Origin: Wigglesworthia glossinidia endosymbiont of Glossina brevipalpis
Lineage (GTDB): Bacteria; Pseudomonadota; Gammaproteobacteria; Enterobacterales; Enterobacteriaceae
NCBI GenBank assembly: GCA_000008885.1
Contig: BA000021.3
Location: 540,001-572,000, forward strand
Length of the DNA: 32,000 bases
Reading direction: 5' to 3'
The notes beneath the pieces are model-generated. The model had not been told where the DNA came from. It worked only from the letters and a program-made list of their open reading frames with translations, and did not search any database. Shown piece by piece: positions 8,683-19,825 of the stretch; the first letter of the stretch is position 1; each line of letters opens with the position of its first letter. A program made the position numbers and the translations under genes.

Positions 8683-9860
8683 AATAAACCAGAAGCATAT
8701 TTAATAATAAATTTTTTTATTAAATTAGAGCATTCTACAGAATGTAAAGCTAAATTTCTTATTTTTTTAATAATCCATATATCATTAGAAAATAATAAAC
8801 GAAATAAGTCTATATTAAATTGCATAATAGTGTTATAAGTTTTGCAATTATTTTCATACTTTTTTAAAGTATTTAATTCATACCAATTTTTCTTTGTGCA
8901 TTTAGATTCAATTAATACATCAGAAAGTTGTTTTACGTCTCTGAAACCTAAGTTTCCTCCTTGTCCAGCTAAAGGATGTATAGTATGAACAGCATCGCCT
9001 AAAAGAGCTAACCCTTGTTTAACGTACTGATATCCATATAAAAAAGTCAAAGGTACTATTTCTTTTTTGTGTAAAGTGACTGGACCTAATCTTTTTGGAA
9101 ATTTAGACATAATCAATTTTTCTATTAAATTAAAAGACATATTGTTTATTTCATGTAAATATTCTGTTAAATCATACCAAATTAATAATGCCCAATCATC
9201 ATATAAAGGCAAATATGCTTTTGGACCATTTAAATCTATAGATTGCCATACAGTATAATTTTTTTTAGTTCTAATTTTTACAATAAACAACATGCAAGAC
9301 TGACTATAATTAAATTTTATAAAAGGAATTCCAGATTTTTTTCTTACCCAAGAATTTTTTCCATCTGCTCCAATTATCAAATTACTAAATATATATTTTC
9401 CATTATTTAATATAATTTTCCATACTTTTTTTATATCATCATAATACATATTTCTTATTCCTATGGAATTTTTTATTATAAATTTTTTGTACTTATTTTC
9501 AGTCTCAATCAAAGCTTTGTTCAATCTATGATTTTCTATGATATAACCTAATCCAGATAAATCTATTGAATCAGAACAAAACTTAACAGGAAAAAAAGAA
9601 TTTTCCCAAGTTTCTATATATTTATATTTAGTGCAAAATTTCAGATCAATTTTATTCCATACGTCTATATCGTATAAAAATTTTATAGTAGAATAATTTA
9701 GAGCTAATATTTTAAAATCTGGTATTTCATCATATGAAAAACTTTTTTTGTTTTCTAATTCAATTAATTTTATTAAAAATCCATGTTTAGCTAATTTTAT
9801 AGATAAACTTTTTCCTAAAATTCCAGAGCCAATAATTACAATATCAAAAAATTTTTTCAT
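8679..9860 (-). CDS. ubiF: FAD-dependent ubiquinone-biosynthesis hydroxylase of the UbiH/UbiF/UbiI family, best recalled match UbiF
   Basis: 393 aa. Motifs: GxGxxG DIVIIGSGILGKSL, IIGADGKNSWVRK and LLGDAVHTIHPLAGQGGNLGFRDV. From memory, blocks YSQSCMLFIV, GPKAYLPLYDDWALLIWYD and C-terminal IKYASGL parallel E. coli UbiF. Its stop codon overlaps the uppP stop (convergent). Confidence 0.7.
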   Translation of the reverse strand: MKKFFDIVIIGSGILGKSLSIKLAKHGFLIKLIELENKKSFSYDEIPDFKILALNYSTIKFLYDIDVWNKIDLKFCTKYKYIETWENSFFPVKFCSDSIDLSGLGYIIENHRLNKALIETENKYKKFIIKNSIGIRNMYYDDIKKVWKIILNNGKYIFSNLIIGADGKNSWVRKKSGIPFIKFNYSQSCMLFIVKIRTKKNYTVWQSIDLNGPKAYLPLYDDWALLIWYDLTEYLHEINNMSFNLIEKLIMSKFPKRLGPVTLHKKEIVPLTFLYGYQYVKQGLALLGDAVHTIHPLAGQGGNLGFRDVKQLSDVLIESKCTKKNWYELNTLKKYENNCKTYNTIMQFNIDLFRLLFSNDIWIIKKIRNLALHSVECSNLIKKFIIKYASGLF

Positions 9861-9912
9861 TTTTAAATTTTAAAAACTAAAAAATATAAAATAATTTATA
9901 AAAATATAATAT

Positions 9913-10959
<1,047 letters not shown>

Positions 10960-11027
10960 TTATTTAAAGTTTTTAAAAATTTAAATAAATAAAATGTATT
11001 TATTTTAAATAAAAATTTTTATAAAAG

Positions 11028-11291
11028 TTATTTGCATAAAATTTTTGGAATTATATTAATAAATTTTTTATTTTTCTTTTTTTTAAAAAAAACTATTCCT
11101 GATTTCAATGCATATAAGCTATAATCTTTTCCGCAACCCACATTTTTACCTGGATGAAATTTTGTACCTCTTTGTCTAACTATTATATTTCCTGGGTATG
11201 CTTTTTGTCCTCCAAAAAGTTTTACTCCAAGCCTTTTTCCAATAGAGTCTCTTCCATTTCTTGTAGATCCTCCGGCTTTTTTATGTGCCAT
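11028..11291 (-). CDS. rpmA: 50S ribosomal protein L27
   Basis: [67 protein letters not shown]... matches L27. The canonical N-terminus MAHKKAGGS starts at the ATG at 11291, so the 10-codon extension in the track ORF (to 11321) is rejected. Confidence 0.95.
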   Translation of the reverse strand: MAHKKAGGSTRNGRDSIGKRLGVKLFGGQKAYPGNIIVRQRGTKFHPGKNVGCGKDYSLYALKSGIVFFKKKKNKKFINIIPKILCK

Positions 11292-11304
11292 ATTATTTCC
11301 TTTG

Positions 11305-11616
11305 TTAACAACAAATATCAATTATTTTTATATTGGTTAATTTTTGTCTATAACCTGTTATTTTTTTAAAATGCTTTCTTCTAGAGAACTTAACAATACT
11401 AATTTTTTTGCCATTAATATGTTTTTTAATTGTTGCAATTATTCTACTATTTTTTATAAAAGGTTGCCCAAATATAATTTTTTCATCATTAAATAATGCC
11501 ATAATTTTTTTTATCTCTATAGTGCTTCCTATATCTCCAGATATTTTATTTAAACAAACAACGCTTCCTGATTTTGCTTTATATTGAACACCATTTATTT
11601 TAAAAATTGCATACAT
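11305..11616 (-). CDS. rplU: 50S ribosomal protein L21
   Basis: 103 aa. [20 protein letters not shown]...[18 protein letters not shown] is typical L21. It lies immediately upstream of rpmA. Confidence 0.95.
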   Translation of the reverse strand: MYAIFKINGVQYKAKSGSVVCLNKISGDIGSTIEIKKIMALFNDEKIIFGQPFIKNSRIIATIKKHINGKKISIVKFSRRKHFKKITGYRQKLTNIKIIDICC

Positions 11617-11733
11617 ATCATAATCTTCCTTGATTAATTTTAGTTAAAAATTTTAATAAAAACAATATTATAATATATTTTTATTGATAAATTAAATAAT
11701 ATAAAAAATTAAATATATTTAAATTTTATAAAA

Positions 11734-12705
11734 ATGAACTTTGAAAAAATTTTTAAACTTATAAATAAAGATATAATAAATTTTCAAATTGAACTTGAAA
11801 GGTCTTTATATTCCAATGTTGATTTAATTAAAAAATGCAATAAATATATTTTAAATAATAATGGAAAATTTATTAGACCAATAGCAATAATATTAGCTGC
11901 AAAATCATTATTTTATAATAAAAAGAAACATATTATTTTAGCTTCACTAATTGAATTAATACATATGTCTACATTGTTGCACGATGATATAATAGATGAT
12001 GCAAAAAAAAGAAGAGGAAATGCATCTGTAAATGTAGTTTTCGGAAATATTCCAACAATTTTAATTGGAGATTTTATATACACTAGAGCATTTCAAATGA
12101 TTTCTAAGCTTAGATCTTTTAAGATTTTTAAAATTATTTCTAATGCAGTAAATATGATAGTAGAAGGAGAAATATTACAATTAACTTATTGTAATAGTGT
12201 TGATATTACAATAAAAAATTATATGCAAATTATATATAAAAAAACAGCAAAATTGTTTGAAGTTTCATTACAATCTGCAGCTATTTTATCTAAATCTTCT
12301 TATAAAGAAGAGCAAGCTTTTAAAAATTATGGTCGTTATTTAGGAATTTCTTTTCAAATAATAGATGATTTTTTAGATTACAAATCAGATTTTAAAAAAT
12401 TTGGAAAAATATTAGGAAATGATCTAAAAGAAGGTAAAGTAACATTACCCTTGATTCATGCTATGAAAAATAGCAACAATTCGCAATTTCTTTTAATTAA
12501 AGAAGCAATACAGAAAGGAAATCATAGTCATTTATTAAATGATATTTTAAAAATAATGGAAGAACATAGATCTTTAGAATATACTAGAGAGTATGCTAAA
12601 AAGAAAATAGAAAAAGCTATTTCTTTTTTAAACGAATTGAAATATTCCATTTATATAGAAGCTTTAGAAAATCTAGCTAAATTTTATTTGAATTGTATTA
12701 AATAA
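11734..12705 (+). CDS. ispB: Octaprenyl-diphosphate synthase IspB
   Basis: 323 aa trans-prenyltransferase. First DDxxD block LLHDDIIDDAKKRRG, second block FQIIDDFLDY, and GKILGNDLKEGKVTLPLIHA. It is divergent from rplU as in E. coli. Confidence 0.93.
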   Translation: MNFEKIFKLINKDIINFQIELERSLYSNVDLIKKCNKYILNNNGKFIRPIAIILAAKSLFYNKKKHIILASLIELIHMSTLLHDDIIDDAKKRRGNASVNVVFGNIPTILIGDFIYTRAFQMISKLRSFKIFKIISNAVNMIVEGEILQLTYCNSVDITIKNYMQIIYKKTAKLFEVSLQSAAILSKSSYKEEQAFKNYGRYLGISFQIIDDFLDYKSDFKKFGKILGNDLKEGKVTLPLIHAMKNSNNSQFLLIKEAIQKGNHSHLLNDILKIMEEHRSLEYTREYAKKKIEKAISFLNELKYSIYIEALENLAKFYLNCIK

Positions 12706-13001
12706 TAATTTTTAAATCAATTTTTAAAAGTTAAAATTATAATAGTAAATATATTTTTATATGTATTATTTAATATAAATTATTTCATGCAATGAAAATA
12801 TAATTTTTAAATTAAAAACATTAATTATATAATTTTATTTTATAAATAAATTATTTAATAGTATTTTATTTATATTATAATTTTAATTTATTAAATTTTT
12901 ATTTTAGTTTTATTAAAAATTATTTAATTAAAATAAAATATTATAAATATTTTTAATAGAATTAAAGTAGTTATTATTAATTTATATTTTAGAGGATTTA
13001 A

Positions 13002-13988
13002 ATGATCTCATTAAGAGAATTTATTTTTAGCAATAACGTTAATAAATACATTTCTAAAGAAGATTTGTATTCTTTGTTTATTATAATAGAATTAACTTCT
13101 AAAATTATTCATAATTATATTATTTTAAATAATATAACCAGAATAAAACAAGAAAAAATAAAGAAAAATATACATGGAGAACACCAAACTAAATTAGACT
13201 TATTATCAAACAAAAAATTTATAGATATGATAAAAACTCATTATAATATTGCAGGAATAGCTTCAGAAGAAGAAGCGAAATTTATTTCTTTTAAACAAGA
13301 AAAATATGGAAAATATATATTTTTAATTGATCCATTGGATGGATCTTTAAGTGCAGATTGTAATACTCCAGTAGGTACTATATTTTCTTTATATTGTAGA
13401 GTTACTCCTATAGGAGTAGAGATAAGCGAAAAAGATTTTTTACAACCTGGAAATAAACAGATATTGTCTGGATATATTTTATATGGATCTTCAACAATTT
13501 TAGTTTTTACGGTAAAATCTGGAGTTCATATTTTTACTTATCATCCATTTTTTAGTACTTTTTTTTTATCAAAAAAGAACTTTAATTATCCAAAAAAAAA
13601 CAATATTTATTCAATTAATGAAGCAAATTATAATAATTTTTCATTAGGAATAAAAAAATATATAATGTCTTGTAAAAGCAATAATAATATATCTTCAAGA
13701 TATACTGGTTCTTTAGTTGCTGATTTTCATAGAAATTTGATAAAAGGAGGAATATATTTATATCCAAATACCAAAATCTATAAACATGGAAAATTAAGAT
13801 TAATGTATGAATGCAATCCTATCGCCTTAATATCTTCACAAGCTAATGGTAGTTCAAGTGATGGTAATATAAATATTTTAGACATAAATCCTAAAATTTT
13901 ACACCAATGTTCTCCCTTTTTTGTTGGTACAAAATCTATGGTTAAATTAGTAAATAAATTTATTTTAGGTTATTATAATCATAATTAA
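13002..13988 (+). CDS. fbp: Fructose-1,6-bisphosphatase class 1
   Basis: 328 aa. Motifs GIASEEE, IDPLDGS, VGTIFSLYCRVTP, DFLQPGNKQILSGYILYGSST, YSINEANY, RYTGSLVADFHRNLIKGGIYLYP and GKLRLMYECNP. An AGAGGA Shine-Dalgarno lies upstream. Confidence 0.95.
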   Translation: MISLREFIFSNNVNKYISKEDLYSLFIIIELTSKIIHNYIILNNITRIKQEKIKKNIHGEHQTKLDLLSNKKFIDMIKTHYNIAGIASEEEAKFISFKQEKYGKYIFLIDPLDGSLSADCNTPVGTIFSLYCRVTPIGVEISEKDFLQPGNKQILSGYILYGSSTILVFTVKSGVHIFTYHPFFSTFFLSKKNFNYPKKNNIYSINEANYNNFSLGIKKYIMSCKSNNNISSRYTGSLVADFHRNLIKGGIYLYPNTKIYKHGKLRLMYECNPIALISSQANGSSSDGNINILDINPKILHQCSPFFVGTKSMVKLVNKFILGYYNHN

Positions 13989-14082
13989 TAATATTATTTT
14001 GTTCTTAATAAATTTAAAATTTATAATTATATAAGAATTGTTTTTTTAATATATCTTTAACCCTAAATATTAGGAAAATTTT

Positions 14083-14622
14083 ATGAATTTAAATTCAGTA
14101 CCAGCGGGAGAAAAGCTCCCAAATGATATTTATGCAATAATAGAAATCCCTACAAATTCAAATCCAATTAAGTATGAAGTAGATAAAAAAACAGGAATAT
14201 TATTTGTTAATAGATTTATTCCTACTTCTATGTTTTATCCATGTAATTATGGATATATAAATCATACTATTTCTTTAGACGGAGATCCATTGGATATATT
14301 GGTTCCAACACCATATCCAGTTTTGCATGGATCTGTCATTAGATGCAATCCTATTGGAGTTTTAAAAATGATTGATGAATCTGGAGAAGATGCTAAAATA
14401 ATAGCTATGCCTCATCAAAAATTATTAGCGGGATATAATAATAATATTAAAAATATAGATGATATTTCAAATTTAATGAAATCACAAATTTCTCATTTTT
14501 TTGAACATTACAAAGATCTTGAGAAAAAAAAATGGACAAAAGTAATTTCTTGGGAAGATGTAAAATCTGCTGAAAAAGAAATTTTATCTTCTTTTAATAG
14601 AAAAAAAACTTTAAATATTTAA
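14083..14622 (+). CDS. ppa: Inorganic pyrophosphatase
   Basis: 179 aa. Motifs [57 protein letters not shown] and [10 protein letters not shown]. Confidence 0.96.
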   Translation: MNLNSVPAGEKLPNDIYAIIEIPTNSNPIKYEVDKKTGILFVNRFIPTSMFYPCNYGYINHTISLDGDPLDILVPTPYPVLHGSVIRCNPIGVLKMIDESGEDAKIIAMPHQKLLAGYNNNIKNIDDISNLMKSQISHFFEHYKDLEKKKWTKVISWEDVKSAEKEILSSFNRKKTLNI

Positions 14623-14699
14623 TATAAATATTTTAATAATTAATTTGTATTATTTTTTCAAATAAGTTCAAAAATGATTTTAAAAAGTTTTATTAAATA

Positions 14700-17600
14700 T
14701 TAAAAATCAAAACGGTAGATTACATCTACCGCTTGATTTTTATCTGAAATTGCTTCCAAATATATTTTGTTGGTTAATTTATAATTTATTTTTAACATAA
14801 AAGAATTTCTATCAAATGTTTTTATTCCATATTTTATCTTTAATTTTTTAAGAAAATTTCCACTAACTATAATTCTAGATTGATTTCCGAATCCTTGAGC
14901 CTTTAAATAAAGGTTTTTAATTCCTACTTTTTGTCCTATTTTTTGTATTAAATATTCGCTTTTTATTACGCTAATTCCTATTATCATAGAAGTTAATATA
15001 TTTTCTCCTTCAAAACTAGAAAAAGAAATTTTATTTTTATTTATTAAGTAAGAAAATTTTTCTTTATCATATTGTTCTGGATCAGAGAATATATATAATT
15101 TAGAATTGTTAGCAATCCCAAAAATTTTAATTCCTGAAATTGTATGATTCATGTTTGATAGTTCATATTTAACAGCTTCTATATCTATATATGGTTTATC
15201 TATAGGGCCAGAAAATATTAATTGACCTTTTCTTACATATAATTCTTGTCCGTAAATATGTATAATTCCTGAAATTATTTTAATTTGTCCATTTAATTTA
15301 GAGCGATTTTTATCCGTGATTAATTTTAAATTTCCTTGCAATTTAGCTTTTAATCCAAGAACATTAATATATACATTATCATCAATAATTATTGATATAT
15401 TTGAATTTATGCTAATATTATTAGTTTCTTTTTTGTTTGAAAAAATTAATGTATTTATATTATCAAGTATAATCTCATCTTTAGATATTATAGAATAATT
15501 ATTAGAAATTTTTTCATTTTCTATAAAAATATTAGAAACATTTATATTTCCTGATATATATAATTTTTTTTGATTTATTTCTAAATATATATTTGGAGAG
15601 ATTTTTATATGAATAAAATCTAATATAATAAATTTTAATTTTTCTCCAGAAATTTTAATTAAAATTTTACAATTTTTTTCGTTTCTCCATTCAGAGAATC
15701 CATTTATCTTTAATTTTTCTTTAAAACCATTAATCGAGCTATCTATAAAAAAATATTTTCCTAAAAATTTTATATTAATAAAAAAATTTTTAAAGTTTGT
15801 TTTTATTACATTATTGCTTAAATTAAAAAAATTAATATTTAATTTTCCATTAATATTTATTCCTTGGAAATTATTAAAGTATAATTTTGAATTTATTTCT
15901 CCATCAACATCAAAATCATATAAAAGAATTTTAAATAATTTTAATGGAGTTTTTTTTGTATATATATATCCATTTATATTTTTGTTAATTACATTAAAGC
16001 ATCCATAAAAATAATCATTCTTATAAATATTTAATATCCATTTAAAATAAAAGTATGATTTTTCATATAAAATATTAATATTAATATAATTAAAATTTTT
16101 TTCAAAAATTTTATTTAAATAAATTTGTTTTATTTTTATGTTTTTCCCGGAAAAAAAAATATTTATTTTTGGAAAAAAATTGTTTAAACTCCAAAGTATT
16201 TCTATTTTACTTTGTATTATTCCAGAAATGACATTCCTTTTGGGAAGAAGTGGTTGAATTCTTGATAAATCAAAATTTTTTATATTAATTACTACGTATT
16301 TATTTTCTTTTTTTATATAATTATCAAAAATATTTTCTAAAAAATTTTTTTTATTATTAAAATAATTTTTATCATAAATTTTATTTTCATATATTAAAAA
16401 ATCAATTAAAAAATTTTTATTTGTTTTTTTATTAAAAAATTCAAATATTTGAATCCATCCATTATATTTGTTATTTTTAATATCGTACTTTAAGTATAAA
16501 TCAATATTTTTATTATATAGTTCATTGTTAGATGAAATAATAAATTCATTTTGTATTTTGTTTTTCCAATTATTAAAATAAAATTTATTTATTAATAATT
16601 TATTTAATAAAAAAATTTTTTCTATTTTTATTTTTAAATAATTAAATTGAAATAATTCATTTATATTTAATTGAATATTAGAATATTTTATTTTTATATC
16701 TTTTATAACAAGATCTTTTATTTTAAATAATAAATTTGCATTTAATTCATTATTTTTTGTATATATAAAGATCTTTCCGTTTATTTTTCCGTAAAAATTT
16801 TTAGAAAGTAAATTAAAATCAAAATAAATATTTGAGTTGTTTTTATTTTCTTGAAAAATAAAAAAATTTTTTTCAAAATATAAAAAAAATTTAGAAATAT
16901 AAAAAAATTTTTTTATATTTTTTTTTAAAATTAAATTTATTTTAAACAACTCGTACGATTTATTATAAATTGATTCAACATCTAATTTTATTAATTCATT
17001 TGTTTTATTGATTTTTCCTTGAAAAAAAAAGCAATTAGAAGTCCTATTTTTATATACTTCTAACCCTAAAAATTTTATTTTTTTTGATATTGTATTTATT
17101 TTAAAAATATAAGAAGAATTTTTATAAAATAATTTTCCGTAAATTTTTAAATTTACTTCTAATATAATTGTTTGATAATTTAAATTTGTTAAATTTTTTT
17201 TTTTATATTTAATTTATTATGAAAATTTTTAAAAAAAAATAATTTATATAAAGATTCTAATTGATTATTAAAAATTAAAGGATATTTTATATCTTGTTTT
17301 TTTTTATTTTTTTTAAAAAAACTGACTTTATCAAAAACAAAAATATTTTCCCACTTTTTTATATTTTCATATAAATTTTCCAAATTATAAATTTTTATTG
17401 ATGCTTGATATAAATCTATATATTTAATATTAACTTCATTTTTATTAAATATTAATTTTGTATTAATTCTTTCAAAAAATAAAGATAAATCTTTATAGTA
17501 AATTTTAACTTTTTGCATAAAAATATTTTTTATCATTAATTTAACTAATTTAGTAATAAATACATTATTATTAAAATCAAATACATAGTTAGAATTAATT

Positions 17601-17908
17601 TTTATTGTTATTTCTTCAAAAGAAGATAATCCTGAAAAAGATTTTTCATAATCAAGCAAATTTTTATTAAAATTAAATTGATACTCTTTAATAAAGATAT
17701 CAAAATTTGAATTTTTATATTTAATATCATTAATAGTTAATTTTTCTAAATCTATATTAATAGAACCTATTGTAAAATCATTAATTTTAAAATTGATTTT
17801 GTTTTCTGATATATATGTACAATAAAAAAAATGAAAAAATAGAAGACAAGTGTTAAATATCAAATTAATAAAAAATATTTTTAAATAAATTTTGCAAGAA
17901 AAGCTCAC
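14700..17908 (-). pseudogene. tamB: tamB (ytfN) translocation-and-assembly-module inner-membrane subunit. As written it is split into two ORFs by a frame change inside an A11 tract, so it is either a pseudogene or a slippage-dependent CDS.
   Basis: The upstream ORF 17908..17189 has a GTG start overlapping the tamA stop (GTGA) and an N-terminal signal-anchor (IFFINLIFNTCLLFFHFF). The downstream frame is open from 17213 to 14700 and ends in a DUF490-like C-terminus (...KINYKLTNKIYLEAISDKNQAVDVIYRFDF). The two frames overlap only over 17189..17213. It lies immediately downstream of tamA, as in E. coli tamA-tamB. Confidence 0.75.
17194..17204 (-). repeat. Sense-strand poly(A) tract, 11 nt, at the tamB frame junction
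   Basis: The plus strand is T x11 at 17194-17204. The upstream frame reads ATA AAA AAA AAA ATT TAA. The downstream frame reads AAA AAA AAA AAT TTA ACA ... Confidence 0.95.
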
Positions 17909-19644
17909 AATTCAGATCCTAATCCTATATAAAATTCCAAGCTATTTTCTTTAAAAAAAGATATTGGCTTAGCTATATCAAGTTTGATTGTTCCAAAATT
18001 CGCAGGCCACCTTATTCCAAGGCCTATTCCAGTATGTAAATTTTTATAATTTAATGAATCACTTGCATCTCCATTGTCAACAAATAAAGCAAACCATAAA
18101 TTTTTATAAAAATTATATTGATATTCTAATGAAATAGTAAAAAGCTTTAAAGATCCTATAACGTTATTATCTTTATCTAAAGATGATAAAGTTTTATATT
18201 TAAATCCACGAATACTTTTATCTCCTCCAGCAAAAAATTTCATAGATGAAGGAATGTCATTAGAAAAATTAGTAAATATATATCCAATATTATTTCTTAT
18301 AATATATCTATGTTTTTCTAAATAAGTATTAATAAAGGTATTATTTACTTTTAACATAAAAAAATTTACACTAGATCCAAAAATCTTGTTAGATAAATTG
18401 AATTCGTAATTTTGATTTAATCCAAAAAAAGGGAAGGATATTTCATCATAATTTATTTTATTAATTTGAAAGCTAGGATAAATTAATATTTTTTTTTTTA
18501 TTTTAAAATTATTAACAATATAGTTATCTAAAACAAAGTATATATTAATAGATTTTTTAAAATTATCATTAATATTCCAATTTTTTGATATATTAAATGT
18601 AATTGATCTGTATTTATATTGATTTAAATAAAAATTTTTTATTTGAGATTGCAATAAATAATATTCATTAATAGGATTTTTTATTATTGGTATTTTATAT
18701 TTTAAATTAAATATTTTTTCATATATTGAAAAATATAATTTATTTTTTATGCTATGTCCTAAACTATTAATCCATGGTATTTCTAAATAACTTGTAATAT
18801 GAAATTTATTTCTTGAGTTATATCCTAATCCTACTTCCAATCTGTTTTTGTTATTAGGAGATAAAATAACATTCAAAGGTACAACATTTTTATATTTTGA
18901 ATTATTATATATATCTGGTGATACCGTAACTGAATTAAACCAATTAGTTGAAATTAGCTTATTATTTAGATCTGATATTAATTCAATATTATAAAGTTTA
19001 TTATAATAATTATTAGAAATATTTTTTAAATATGATTTATGTATTTTTGATCCATAAAAATTAATTTTTCCAAATCTATATCTATAACCACTATTAAATA
19101 CAATAAACCAACGTGCTACATTATAATTAGGAAATACTTGTAATTCACTTACTTCAAAGTCTGCGTCAAAATATCCTTTTTTAATAGAAATATCTAATAA
19201 ACCTTGTTTAAATTTTTCATATTTATAATGATTCAATTGACTTCCTATTTTAGGAAAATTATTTTTTATCCATGCATTATAGTCAGTATCGTTTTTAGAA
19301 TCTCCGTTTAATATAATTTTTGAATCTAACATTTTTATAAAATCACCCTGTACAACATAAATAGTTATTATATTTCTATTTTTTTTAGGGCTAGAATATT
19401 TTATATTAATTTTAGGATAATAATAACCTATAGATCTTAAACAATTTTTAACAATCTTTTCAGTTTTTTTTTTGAAAATAATTTTATCTAAAATATCTTC
19501 ATTTTTAATATCATATAAACAATTTATAATTTTATTTTTGATAATTTTATTTGAACTTTTAGTTTTTACTATAAAAATGTTTCCATGAGACAAAAAAATT
19601 AAAAAATAAAATGATAAAGAAAAATAAAAAAATTTTTTATACAT
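17905..19644 (-). CDS. tamA: TamA (YtfM) Omp85-family outer-membrane subunit of the translocation and assembly module
   Basis: 579 aa (E. coli TamA is about 577 aa). It has an N-terminal signal-like segment, a POTRA-like N-terminal third, and a C-terminal beta-barrel with an Omp85 signature (FFAGGDKSIRGFKYKTL ... GIGLGIRWPANFGTIKLDIAKP). The terminal residues FYIGLGSEL lack the usual aromatic last residue. It is followed by tamB. Confidence 0.85.
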   Translation of the reverse strand: MYKKFFYFSLSFYFLIFLSHGNIFIVKTKSSNKIIKNKIINCLYDIKNEDILDKIIFKKKTEKIVKNCLRSIGYYYPKINIKYSSPKKNRNIITIYVVQGDFIKMLDSKIILNGDSKNDTDYNAWIKNNFPKIGSQLNHYKYEKFKQGLLDISIKKGYFDADFEVSELQVFPNYNVARWFIVFNSGYRYRFGKINFYGSKIHKSYLKNISNNYYNKLYNIELISDLNNKLISTNWFNSVTVSPDIYNNSKYKNVVPLNVILSPNNKNRLEVGLGYNSRNKFHITSYLEIPWINSLGHSIKNKLYFSIYEKIFNLKYKIPIIKNPINEYYLLQSQIKNFYLNQYKYRSITFNISKNWNINDNFKKSINIYFVLDNYIVNNFKIKKKILIYPSFQINKINYDEISFPFFGLNQNYEFNLSNKIFGSSVNFFMLKVNNTFINTYLEKHRYIIRNNIGYIFTNFSNDIPSSMKFFAGGDKSIRGFKYKTLSSLDKDNNVIGSLKLFTISLEYQYNFYKNLWFALFVDNGDASDSLNYKNLHTGIGLGIRWPANFGTIKLDIAKPISFFKENSLEFYIGLGSEL

Positions 19645-19825
19645 TTTTATTAAAAAAATTAAATTTATTTAAATAAATAAATTAAATTATTAAGTAATAT
19701 TAATATATTTTTTAATAAATATTGTTATGTAAAATTTTTATACATTTATAATATTAATATAATATCAAAATTATTTATAATGAATAAATTTTAAATTTAA
19801 TAATATATAAATGTGTGTTAATTGA

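Noticed and set aside
11292-11321. A ten-codon N-terminal extension of rpmA given in the ORF track.
   Set aside because: L27 begins MAHKKAGGS at the ATG at 11291. The extension would also overlap the end of rplU (stop at 11305).
12706-13001. The 296-bp ispB-fbp spacer as a possible ncRNA or degraded gene, including a small hairpin TTTCAT-GCA-ATGAAA at 12783-12797.
   Set aside because: It is almost pure A/T with no open frame, no recognisable protein remnant in any frame, and no conserved RNA motif that I can identify. The hairpin has only a 6-bp A/T-rich stem and lies 75 nt past the ispB stop, so it is too weak to call a terminator. It is most simply a gene-loss or rearrangement scar.
14700-16949. 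The 749-aa track ORF treated as an independent gene with its own start at 16949.
   Set aside because: The 'M' is a TTG inside a frame that stays open for another 88 codons upstream, to 17213. The sequence is the continuation of tamB, not a separate gene.
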